A DNA stretch of 64,000 nt from Arenicellales bacterium (lineage in GTDB: Bacteria > Pseudomonadota > Gammaproteobacteria > Arenicellales > JAJDZL01): the NCBI GenBank assembly GCA_965116205.1, contig OZ220493.1, forward strand, positions 1,412,510 to 1,476,509. Reading direction: 5' to 3'. The notes under the pieces are model-generated. The model saw only the letters and a program-made list of their open reading frames with translations, made no database searches and was not told where the DNA came from. The translations under genes and the position numbers were made by a program. Below are positions 17,951 through 26,838 of the stretch, in pieces (position 1 is the first letter of the stretch; the number at the start of each line of letters is the position of its first letter).

Positions 17951-19519
17951 ATGAGCCATTTCAAACTGCCAATCGGTGAAGCATCCTTTCCAGAAATCAG
18001 GAAACAGAACTGTTACTATGTGGACAAGACGCCACATATTCAGAAGCTAACTGATGAGGGCAAGTACTGGTTTCTGTCTCGCCCGCGGCGGTTCGGTAAA
18101 TCATTGCTCATCTCCACTCTGAAGGAACTGTTCGAAGGGAATGAACCGCTGTTCCGTGGCCTGCACATCCACGACCGCTGGGACTGGAACATCCGATATC
18201 CGGTAGTGCGATTAAGTTTTGATGCCAGTTTTGGCAGGCCGGGCAAACTTAACCGCTATACGATCCAACAGCTAGCTAAGCAGGAAAAAAGTGCTGGTCT
18301 TGAGCCGGCACTCCAGACCGACGATTCGGACGAGCGTTTGCAGGACGTCATTTTTAATCTCCATGCTGCTACCGGGCAAGGAGTGGTGGTGCTGGTGGAT
18401 GAATATGACAAGCCACTTTTGGATCTGTTGGACAACCCACAGCAGGCGGAAGCCAACCGCCAGTGCCTGCATGGTGTGTATGGCATTCTCAAGGGCTGTG
18501 CCGACCAGCTCCGGTTCGTTTTCGTCACCGGCATCAGCATGTATTCCAAGGTGAGTCTGTTCTCCGGCATGAATAATCTGGAAGACATCAGCCTCGACCC
18601 CGAGTATGCCGCCATATGTGGGTATACGGATAGGGAAATCGACACGGTGTTTGCCCCGGAACTGGCAGGACTCGACCGCAGTGAGATGCAGCGCTGGTAC
18701 AACGGCTACCACTGGCTCGGGCGAGAGAAAGTCTATAACCCCTTCGACATCCTGCTGCTGTTCAAAAAAAGACAGTTCAAACCGTATTGGTATGCCACCG
18801 GCACGCCCAGTTATCTACATGGTCGGCTGGCCCGCGGTGGTGTCAATACGCTGCAGTTGGAGAACCTGGAGTTGTATGAAAAGGAACTGTCCAATTTCAA
18901 TATTGACAACATCAGCATCAATGCGCTGCTGTTCCAGTGTGGCTATCTGACCATCGTCGATCAGGCGCTGCGCGGTTCCAGGATGTGTTATACCCTGACC
19001 TACCCCAACCATGAAGTGCGCATCTCACTCAACGAGGAACTGCTCGAAGCGATCAGTGACCAAAGTCAGCTGACGGAGCTGTCCGGTAAGGGTGAGCGAC
19101 TGATTGAACGGTTGGACGCCAATGACTTTGATGGGTTCCAAGCGGCCGTGCATGCGTTTTTCTCCGCCATTCCGCATCAGTGGCATGATCGTAGCGACCT
19201 CGCCCGTTATGAGGCATTTTTCACCAGCGTGCTGTATTCCTGTTTCGTGAGTCTCGGTGTTACGGTGACGGGGGAAGAATCATCCAGTCATGGTCGTGCT
19301 GATCTGGTGGTGACCCGGGGTGAACAGGTGTTCATCTTGGAATGCAAGATGCAGGGCGACGGTACGGCGGCAGCGGCACTGGCTGAGGCGGTGGCGCAGT
19401 TGCGCGAGAAGAAATATGCCAACAAGTATCGGACTGAAGGCCGTAAGATTCATCTGTTGGCGATGGTGTTTGAACGTGAGGACCGCAATCTGGTGCAGTT
19501 CAACGTGGAAAGCCTGTGA
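17951..19519 (+). CDS. AAA-ATPase-like domain + PD-(D/E)XK nuclease-like domain protein, paralogue 1
   Basis: 522 aa. N-terminus LPIGEASFPEIRKQNCYYVDKTPHI; P-loop-like SRPRRFGKS; Walker-B-like VVLVDEYDKP; C-terminal GRADLVV...VFILECK (D...ExK). Confidence 0.85.
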   Translation: MSHFKLPIGEASFPEIRKQNCYYVDKTPHIQKLTDEGKYWFLSRPRRFGKSLLISTLKELFEGNEPLFRGLHIHDRWDWNIRYPVVRLSFDASFGRPGKLNRYTIQQLAKQEKSAGLEPALQTDDSDERLQDVIFNLHAATGQGVVVLVDEYDKPLLDLLDNPQQAEANRQCLHGVYGILKGCADQLRFVFVTGISMYSKVSLFSGMNNLEDISLDPEYAAICGYTDREIDTVFAPELAGLDRSEMQRWYNGYHWLGREKVYNPFDILLLFKKRQFKPYWYATGTPSYLHGRLARGGVNTLQLENLELYEKELSNFNIDNISINALLFQCGYLTIVDQALRGSRMCYTLTYPNHEVRISLNEELLEAISDQSQLTELSGKGERLIERLDANDFDGFQAAVHAFFSAIPHQWHDRSDLARYEAFFTSVLYSCFVSLGVTVTGEESSSHGRADLVVTRGEQVFILECKMQGDGTAAAALAEAVAQLREKKYANKYRTEGRKIHLLAMVFEREDRNLVQFNVESL

Positions 19520-19527
19520 AGATGAGC

Positions 19528-19548
19528 AGTGCCGTTCGGTCCACTTTT
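19528..19548 (+). terminator. weak hairpin + T-run after paralogue 1
   Basis: AGTGCCG-TT-CGG(TC)CACT followed by TTT. The equivalent site after paralogue 2 carries compensatory changes. Confidence 0.3.
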
Positions 19549-19723
19549 AGTGATTTGATATGCAGCATTTTATTGATTGCTCATTGATGAGTGATGTTTC
19601 TAAAATGTCATCTGTCTCGTTATTTCCCCGGTGGTTATCGAGAGGGGCCGGCGCATGAGTGGAGCTGTCAGATTCTCCCTTGTGATACAATTTCGATGAC
19701 ACCGCTACTCAGTACATACGGCA

Positions 19724-21292
19724 ATGAGAAAGTTGAAACTTCCAATCGGCGCCGCTTCTTTTGCCAGGCTTCGGAACAATGGATGTTACTATGTGGATAA
19801 GACACCGCACATCAATAAACTAATTGATGATGGCGATTATTATTTTCTATCCCGCCCGCGGCGGTTTGGAAAGTCCGTGCTGGTCTCCACTCTGCAGGAA
19901 CTGTTCGAAGGGAATGAAGAACTGTTCCGTGGCCTGCACATCCACGATCACTGGAACTGGGATATCAAGTACCCGGTGGTGCGACTGAGTTTCGACACGG
20001 GGTATGGCGAACCACAATCTCTGCACGACGATTTGCTGGATCAGTTGGAATTGCTTGAAGATGCTGCGAACATCACCCCGTCTTCGACCGCGCGGACCGG
20101 CCCCGGTCAGCTGCGAAATCTAATCGTCAGACTGCATCAGGACACCGGTCAGCGCGTCGTAGTGCTAGTGGATGAATATGATAAGCCCATTTTGGATCAG
20201 TTGAACAATCCGCCGCAGGCGGAAGCCCACCGCCAATATTTGCATGGCCTATATGGCATCCTCAAAGGCTGTGCCGAGCAGCTTCGGTTCGTCTTCGTCA
20301 CCGGCATAAGCATGTATTCCAAAGTCAGTCTGTTCTCCGGCATGAACAATCTTCGCGACATCAGTCTGAATCCCGATTACGCTACCATATGTGGTTATAC
20401 GGATAGGGACATCGACACGGTGTTCGCGCCGGAACTGGCAGGACTCGATCGCAGTGAGATGCAGCGCTGGTACAACGGCTACCACTGGCTCGGACAGGAG
20501 AAAGTCTACAACCCCTTTGACATCCTGCTGCTGTTCGCTGAGCGAATGTTCAAACCGTACTGGTATGCCACCGGCACGCCCAGTTATCTACATGGCCGGC
20601 TGGCGCGTGGTGGCGTCAATACGCTACAGTTGGAGAACCTGGAACTGTATGAAAAGGAACTGTCCAATTTCAACATTGATAAGATCAGCATCAACGCGCT
20701 GCTGTTCCAGTGTGGTTATCTGACCATCGTCGATCAGGAGTTGCGCGGTTCTAGGATGTGCTATACCCTGACCTACCCCAATCATGAAGTGCGCATCTCA
20801 CTCAACGAGGAACTACTCGAAGCGGTCAGTGACCAGGGACAGCTGACGGGGCTGTCTGGTCAGGGTGAGCGGCTGATTGAACGGTTGGACGCCAATGACT
20901 TTGATGGGTTCCAAGCGGCAGTGCATGCGTTTTTCTCTGCCATTCCGCATCAGTGGCATGATAGCAGCGACCTCGCCCGTTATGAGGCGTTTTTCAGCAG
21001 TGTGCTGTATTCCTGTTTCGTGAGTCTTGGTGTTACGGTGACGGGGGAAGAATCATCCAGTCACGGTCGTGCCGACCTGGTGGTGACCCGTGGTGAACAG
21101 GTGTTCATTCTGGAGTGCAAGATGCAGGGCGATGGTACGTCGGCAGCGGCACTGGCTGAGGCGGTGGCGCAGCTGCGCGAGAAGAAATATGCCAACAAGT
21201 ATCGAACCGGCGATCATAAAGTTCACCTGCTGGCAATGGTGTTTGAACGTGAGGACCGCAATCTGGTACAGTTCAGTGTGGAAAGCCTGTAA
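19724..21292 (+). CDS. AAA-ATPase-like domain + PD-(D/E)XK nuclease-like domain protein, paralogue 2
   Basis: 522 aa, same motifs as paralogue 1, start offset 1,773 bp from paralogue 1. Confidence 0.85.
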   Translation: MRKLKLPIGAASFARLRNNGCYYVDKTPHINKLIDDGDYYFLSRPRRFGKSVLVSTLQELFEGNEELFRGLHIHDHWNWDIKYPVVRLSFDTGYGEPQSLHDDLLDQLELLEDAANITPSSTARTGPGQLRNLIVRLHQDTGQRVVVLVDEYDKPILDQLNNPPQAEAHRQYLHGLYGILKGCAEQLRFVFVTGISMYSKVSLFSGMNNLRDISLNPDYATICGYTDRDIDTVFAPELAGLDRSEMQRWYNGYHWLGQEKVYNPFDILLLFAERMFKPYWYATGTPSYLHGRLARGGVNTLQLENLELYEKELSNFNIDKISINALLFQCGYLTIVDQELRGSRMCYTLTYPNHEVRISLNEELLEAVSDQGQLTGLSGQGERLIERLDANDFDGFQAAVHAFFSAIPHQWHDSSDLARYEAFFSSVLYSCFVSLGVTVTGEESSSHGRADLVVTRGEQVFILECKMQGDGTSAAALAEAVAQLREKKYANKYRTGDHKVHLLAMVFEREDRNLVQFSVESL

Positions 21293-21300
21293 AGATGAAC

Positions 21301-21320
21301 AGTGCTGTTCAGTTCACGTT
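21301..21320 (+). terminator. weak hairpin after paralogue 2
   Basis: AGTGCTG-TT-CAG(TT)CAC then GTTT. CCG/CGG in copy 1 becomes CTG/CAG here, a compensatory pair. Confidence 0.3.
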
Positions 21321-21369
21321 TAGTGATTTGATATGCAGAATTTTGTTGATTGCTGATTGATTCTCCCTT

Positions 21370-21399
21370 TTGACAAAATTTCAATGACACCTTTACTTA
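21370..21399 (+). promoter_or_regulatory. candidate sigma70-type promoter of paralogue 3
   Basis: Perfect -35 TTGACA (21370-21375), 18-nt spacer, weak -10 TACTTA (21394-21399), ATG at 21412. This implies a very short leader. A degenerate version precedes paralogues 1 and 2. Confidence 0.3.
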
Positions 21400-21411
21400 G
21401 TACATACGGCA

Positions 21412-22980
21412 ATGAGAAAGTTCAAACTGCCAATCGGTGAAGCATCCTTTCCAGAGATTAGGAAACAGAACTGTTACTATGTGGACAAGACGCCACATAT
21501 TCAGCAACTGACTGATGATGGCAAGTACTGGTTCCTATCGCGCCCGCGGCGGTTTGGAAAATCTCTGCTCATTTCCACTCTGCAGGAACTGTTCGAAGGG
21601 AATGAAGAATTGTTCCGCGGCCTGCACATCCACGATCACTGGAACTGGGCTATCAAGTACCCGGTGGTGCGACTGAGTTTCGACACGGGGTATGGCGAAC
21701 CACAATCTCTGCACGATGATTTGCTCGATCAGCTGGAGCCGCTTGAAGATGACGCAGACATCGACGCATCTTCGACCGCGCGCACCGGTCCCGGTCGGTT
21801 GCGAAATCTAATCGTCAGACTGCATCAGAACTCCGGTCAGCGCATCGTAGTGCTGGTGGATGAATACGATAAGCCCATTTTGGATCAGCTGAACAATCCG
21901 CAGCAGGCGGAAGCCAACCGCCAATACCTACACGGCCTGTATGGAATGCTCAAGGGCTGTGCCGAGCAGCTCCGGTTCGTCTTCGTCACCGGCATCAGCA
22001 TGTATTCCAAAGTCAGTCTGTTCTCGGGTATGAACAATCTCCGCGACATCAGTCTGAATCCCGATTACGCCACCATATGTGGTTATACGGATACGGACAT
22101 CGATACGGTGTTCGCGCCGGAACTGGAAGGACTCGACCGCAGTGAGATGCAGTGGTGGTACAACGGCTACCACTGGCTCGGTCGGGAGAAAGTCTACAAC
22201 CCCTTCGACATCCTGCTGCTGTTCGCTGAGCGAATGTTTAAGCCGTATTGGTATGCCACCGGCACGCCCAGTTATCTACATGGTCGGCTGGCGCGCGGTG
22301 GCGTCAATACGCTGCAGTTGGAGAACCTGGAGTTGTATGAAAAGGAACTGTCCAATTTCAATATTGACAACATCAGCATCAATGCGCTGCTGTTCCAGTG
22401 TGGTTATCTGACCATCGTCGATCAGGCGCTGCGCGGTTCGCGGATGTGCTATACCCTGACCTACCCCAATCATGAAGTGCGCATCTCACTCAACGAGGAA
22501 CTGCTCGAAGCGGTCAGTGACCAGGGTCAGCTGACGGAACTATCAAGTAAGGGTGAGCGGCTGATTGAACGGTTGGACGCCAATGACTTTGATGGGTTCC
22601 AAGCGGCCGTGCATGCGTTTTTCTCCGCCATTCCGCATCAGTGGCATGACCGCAGCGACCTCGCCCGTTATGAGGCGTTTTTCACCAGTGTGCTGTATTC
22701 GTGTTTCGTGAGTCTCGGTGTTACGGTGACGGGGGAAGAATCATCCAGTCACGGTCGTGCCGACCTGGTGGTGACCCGTGGCGAACAGGTGTTCATCTTG
22801 GAATGTAAGATGCAGGGGGACGGCACGGCGGCAGCGGCACTGGCTGAGGCGGTGGCGCAGCTGCGCGAGAAGAAATATGCCAACAAGTATCGGGCCGGCG
22901 ATCATAAAGTTCACCTGCTGGCGATGGTGTTTGAACGTGAGGACCGCAATCTGGTGAAGTTTAGCGTGGAAAGCTTGTGA
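21412..22980 (+). CDS. AAA-ATPase-like domain + PD-(D/E)XK nuclease-like domain protein, paralogue 3
   Basis: 522 aa, same motifs, start offset 1,688 bp from paralogue 2. Confidence 0.85.
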   Translation: MRKFKLPIGEASFPEIRKQNCYYVDKTPHIQQLTDDGKYWFLSRPRRFGKSLLISTLQELFEGNEELFRGLHIHDHWNWAIKYPVVRLSFDTGYGEPQSLHDDLLDQLEPLEDDADIDASSTARTGPGRLRNLIVRLHQNSGQRIVVLVDEYDKPILDQLNNPQQAEANRQYLHGLYGMLKGCAEQLRFVFVTGISMYSKVSLFSGMNNLRDISLNPDYATICGYTDTDIDTVFAPELEGLDRSEMQWWYNGYHWLGREKVYNPFDILLLFAERMFKPYWYATGTPSYLHGRLARGGVNTLQLENLELYEKELSNFNIDNISINALLFQCGYLTIVDQALRGSRMCYTLTYPNHEVRISLNEELLEAVSDQGQLTELSSKGERLIERLDANDFDGFQAAVHAFFSAIPHQWHDRSDLARYEAFFTSVLYSCFVSLGVTVTGEESSSHGRADLVVTRGEQVFILECKMQGDGTAAAALAEAVAQLREKKYANKYRAGDHKVHLLAMVFEREDRNLVKFSVESL

Positions 22981-23387
22981 AAAAACTGTGGAAGATTCAT
23001 GTATCCTGACTTAAACACCGACTCAATTTCACAAGGGCATTAAATTGGTATGGCCATTTCAATAGTTCGTCTTATTACACTCCCATTTCATCGGGTTCGG
23101 GCATATCACAATAGGTTGGATGCAGAATCTGGTTTGTTACGTGTTATGCTACGCACGTTTTTGCTTCGCAGCCGTGGTTATCAATTTCTCTAGATGGCCA
23201 CTGGACAGTGAATCTCACTGTTCTTCGCGGTTGGTGAGCAAGAGCGCCATCATTATTTCGATACACGATCTCGAATCGCACGATGAGCGGTCAATGGATG
23301 AAAAATGCCGGCATTTCCAGCGCCAAGCTGATGGACTCAGATGGGAGGTCCATCAGTCACTGAGAGTTCACCATCGACGATGATTGG

Positions 23388-23525
23388 CTGCCGGGTGGGA
23401 CACTATCTACCATCCGAGCGGTTACCGACCTCGCCGATTGCGAAACTGAATTGAATTAAGACTTTACACGAGAACCAATAAACTGCTTGAGTTCTTTTGT
23501 TCAAGGTCAGGATATCTGAATTGAG
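23388..23525. repeat. right copy of the imperfect direct repeat bracketing the paralogue array
   Basis: See 17556-17689; same conserved blocks in the same order and orientation. Confidence 0.65.
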
Positions 23526-24124
23526 AAAACACAGGGCACACAATCGAATGTGACAGCAACCGTGTGCTTAAATCATCCAGTGAAGAGACTCATCAAACGA
23601 GATATTGTTGATGGTGGGGCTTGTCGGTGGTTTTATCGCTCATACACGACGAAAAATCAAAGGGTGCGGATGAGTAACTCAACATTGATGACGAAGGAAA
23701 GGCGTCTCATGTGCTTTGACGAGAGTTCGAAATATATCGCTATCGTTGTTTTCGAAAGCTGTACACCGACTTCGACGGTTCGTTTTAGTAAGTCATTGTT
23801 TTCATTAGGGGCGAGTTCACCAGTAGGCACTACAACTCATCTGTTCTTCAGCTCGGATTCTGGGGAATGAAGGAGAGTTATTTCAGTTCGAGCAGATTGA
23901 TATTGTGGATGTCTCCGATCACTCGGTACAGGTTTCGACTCATTTCTTTCATGTCTGAGGGCTGTGTCCGTTGGGGTTTTGATCTTTCTAGCACACAGTA
24001 TCTAAAATGATCATCAATAAGACGATCTTGGCACAGAAGTTGTCGTTCAAGGTTCGGCTGAAGTTCAATACAATAGCTGAAAATACCGAAACCATCCATT
24101 TCATTCATTGCCGGGGCAGCTAGA

Positions 24125-24601
24125 ATGTCAGAAAAGCCTATTCATGTGTTATTTCTGTGTACCGGCAACTCTGCGCGTAGCATCCTCTGTGAAGCGATGC
24201 TCAATCATTTCGGAGACGCGCGTTTCAAAGGCTTCAGCGCCGGTAGTCAACCCAAGAATGCGGTGCATCCAATGACACTCAAAACACTTGAAAAATTCGG
24301 CGCCTCGACCCAACAGTATCGCTCGAAGAGTTGGGATGAATTTTCCGGAAACTTTGCGCCGGTAATGGATATCGTGGTTACCGTGTGCAGTAACGCAGCG
24401 GCAGAAGTTTGTCCGGTCTGGCCGGCGTCAACCGTTGTGGCGCATTGGCATATGGCCGACCCGGCGGCTTATGTCGGTTCCATAGCGGCGCAGGAAAAGC
24501 AATTTGAACGGACGCGGCGGGTGGCTCATTCAGCAGTATCGGAACTGGTTCAAACCGTTCTTAACGATTCTGATCCTAAAACGCCAGTTCCATTCCTTTA
24601 A
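24125..24601 (+). CDS. arsC: arsenate reductase, low-molecular-weight phosphatase (thioredoxin-coupled type) family
   Basis: 158 aa. P-loop LCTGNSARS; downstream Cys pair VCSNAAAEVCP; SKSWDEF and HW..ADPA blocks are typical of proteobacterial LMWP-type ArsC. Confidence 0.8.
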   Translation: MSEKPIHVLFLCTGNSARSILCEAMLNHFGDARFKGFSAGSQPKNAVHPMTLKTLEKFGASTQQYRSKSWDEFSGNFAPVMDIVVTVCSNAAAEVCPVWPASTVVAHWHMADPAAYVGSIAAQEKQFERTRRVAHSAVSELVQTVLNDSDPKTPVPFL

Positions 24602-24646
24602 TTCCATTTGGGCGCGCGGCTCAGTTCCATTCCTTTAATTCCATTT
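24585..24646. repeat. 25-bp direct duplication spanning the arsC stop codon
   Basis: CAGTTCCATTCCTTTAATTCCATTT occurs at 24585-24609 and again at 24622-24646, separated by GGGCGCGCGGCT. Confidence 0.6.
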
Positions 24647-24658
24647 TAGCGCATCTCA

Positions 24659-24682
24659 GATAAGAGGCGATACTTATCGCCT
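24659..24682. terminator. inverted repeat between convergent arsC and betC (possible bidirectional terminator)
   Basis: GATAAG-aggcgata-CTTATC, or alternatively AGGCGATA-ct-TATCGCCT. No strong T-run. Confidence 0.3.
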
Positions 24683-24731
24683 ATCAATGCCTGCGCCCGG
24701 CGAATATGAGGATAACAGAGAATCGATCTGT

Positions 24732-26273
24732 TCAATTGCGCCGTTGCGCATCGAAACGCGGAAATCTAGCCACCGCGGCCATCTCATCACAGGTTTTATG
24801 GGTTCGAACATAAGCTTGTGTTGCATCTTGAAATGGTTGGTAGTCCCAAGCCACGTTCGGAGTTTTCATCATGGAATGGTGAATGATCCGTCGGGCTCTT
24901 TGATTTTCTAGAATGTCGCGGCGCACTTGGTCGAGGTCCCACCTTGCGAGAACCTCTTTGCGAAAAGCTGTAGCAATGGGCTGATAGGCTTCAAGGGGAG
25001 CAAGATTCTCCAGCTCTTCAGGGTCTTTTTCGACATCAAATAACAGAGGTGGGTCGGTTTCACAGTAGATGTATTTATACTGGTTCCGACGAATCATCAC
25101 CATAGGGTGAGATGTACATTCGGCGGAATACTGACTGATTGCAGAACTACTGTCATCTTCTCCATCACGCGTTAGTAGTTTAGTCAGACTACGCCCATCA
25201 ATGGCATTTGCTAATGGTGGAGCACGGTCGCTCCCCATGGTTGCCAGTTCTAGCAATGTGGGTAGCAGATCAATGGTTGAGCAGGCATTCAGGATGATGG
25301 CCGATTGGATCTCGGGTCCAGCAATAATGAGCGGCACTCTGACGGAGCGCTCGAAAAAACTCATTTTGTACCACAGCCCTCGCTCGCCAAGCATATCACC
25401 GTGGTCCGCCGTAACGACAATAATCGTATTGTCTAATAGCTGGGTACTTTTGAGCGTATCAACAAACTGCCCGATCCAGTCATCTACATAAGAAGTATTG
25501 GCGTAATAGGCTCGTCGCGCATTGCGTATTGAAGATTCAGAGGGTGGGTCCACATCAGCCTGCATACCTGATAAAAGTCGTTGGCTGTGTGGGTCGCTGG
25601 GCACTGAGTCTGCATTCAGACCGGGCACGTCAATATCGTCCGGCGCATAGAGGTCCCACCAATTGCGGTGCGCGACATACGGGTCGTGCGGATGAGTGAA
25701 TGAAGCAAACATCGTGAATGGCTGTAAATCCGGGTCGCGCGCATAATCCCACAACCTGCGGATGCCATGAAATCCTGCTTCATTGTCAAATTCGAGTTGA
25801 AAGGTCATATCAGCGATGCCGGCCTCGTGTATGCTACTCATGTTGTGGTAAAAGTCGTCGATGCGTTCGTCGGCAGATTCCCAGTTCGGGGTAAACGCGT
25901 AATCAGCCGGGTAGATGTCAGTGGTCAGGCGCTCGGAAAATCCATGCAGTTGATCCGGGCCGACAAAGTGCATTTTTCCGGTTAGACAGGTGTGGTAGCC
26001 TAGGTGTCCAAGATAGTGACAGAGGGTCGGCACTGCGGAAGAAAATTCTGCGGCATTGTCATAAGCTCGGATGTTCCAGGCCTGTTGTCCCGATAGTAGC
26101 GAAAATCGCGCCGGCGCGCATTGTGGATAGGGAGTATAAGCCGCATCAAAACGACAGCCTCTTTCGGCTAGACGATTCATGTTTGGCGTTTTCACCACTG
26201 GATGGCCGTAAGCGCCGGTGAAATGTGGGGCCAATTGATCCGCCATGAGAATCAGTAGATTGGGAGCTTTCAT
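24732..26273 (-). CDS. betC: choline-sulfatase
   Basis: 513 aa. Sulfatase signature CAPARFSLLSG (formylglycine site). Long blocks match BetC as I recall it: GKMHFVGPDQLHGFSERLTTDIYPAD, SFTHPHDPYVA, DPHSQR, DHGDMLGERGLWYKMSFFE. Confidence 0.8.
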   Translation of the reverse strand: MKAPNLLILMADQLAPHFTGAYGHPVVKTPNMNRLAERGCRFDAAYTPYPQCAPARFSLLSGQQAWNIRAYDNAAEFSSAVPTLCHYLGHLGYHTCLTGKMHFVGPDQLHGFSERLTTDIYPADYAFTPNWESADERIDDFYHNMSSIHEAGIADMTFQLEFDNEAGFHGIRRLWDYARDPDLQPFTMFASFTHPHDPYVAHRNWWDLYAPDDIDVPGLNADSVPSDPHSQRLLSGMQADVDPPSESSIRNARRAYYANTSYVDDWIGQFVDTLKSTQLLDNTIIVVTADHGDMLGERGLWYKMSFFERSVRVPLIIAGPEIQSAIILNACSTIDLLPTLLELATMGSDRAPPLANAIDGRSLTKLLTRDGEDDSSSAISQYSAECTSHPMVMIRRNQYKYIYCETDPPLLFDVEKDPEELENLAPLEAYQPIATAFRKEVLARWDLDQVRRDILENQRARRIIHHSMMKTPNVAWDYQPFQDATQAYVRTHKTCDEMAAVARFPRFDAQRRN

Positions 26274-26624
26274 GCTTGCATTACCAGGTTCATCTGAACA
26301 AGAAAATCATCATGTCCTAGGTTGGCTATGATGAAGACAAAAAGGTCAGGCGATATCGGTTTGTTTCTGATGGTGGGCATTATAGTATTCCATGGGGATG
26401 AACATGCCCTGACTGCAGGCACTTCCCAATACTGCGGCCTGTAGCAGGCGATGACGCAATTACCGAACTGAACTAGTTTGAAATGACGACCCGAGAAGAA
26501 AAAAGAACCCACTAATTTTGCTTAAAGGTGAGGATGACCTGACTTTCTTAACACGTTGTCCTCCTGTTTTTCACTGGCAATTGTGTGAACGTTTTGGGTT
26601 AAACACATCAGCACATAAAAATAA

Positions 26625-26653
26625 TCGAATGCCAACATTTGACCATCTATAAT
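26625..26653 (+). promoter_or_regulatory. candidate promoter upstream of aprBA
   Basis: -35 TCGAAT (26625-26630), 17-nt spacer, consensus -10 TATAAT (26648-26653), about 185 nt upstream of the aprB ATG. Weak -35. Confidence 0.3.
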
Positions 26654-26838
26654 TTGCACGACGACGGCGAATTGATTTAATGCCTAGAAGCAGACAGGAT
26701 GACAAGGCGTTGAATTGAGACATTCTGCCGACGCTGGATGGCCACGCGAATTCAAATCTTGATGGTAAAGCGGGATGACCGGCTCGGTCACTACACGTTA
26801 AATGACAATGCAAAATAATATTTTAGGAGAAGGAAATT

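Noticed and set aside
23120-24108. ORFs 23120..23383 (+), 23550..23870 (+) and 23878..24108 (-). The last was considered as a possible divergent ArsR partner of arsC.
   Set aside because: No HTH or metal-binding (ELCVCDL-type) motif, odd composition and no SD. The minus ORF would start only 16 nt from the arsC start. The region looks like decayed, non-coding accessory DNA. I do not rule out a small novel gene, but I cannot support one.
26270-26813. Minus-strand ORFs 26270..26512 and 26571..26813 in the betC-aprB spacer.
   Set aside because: They lie in the divergent promoter region and have no SD or motifs. Their composition (Cys/Trp/His-rich) is typical of random ORFs.
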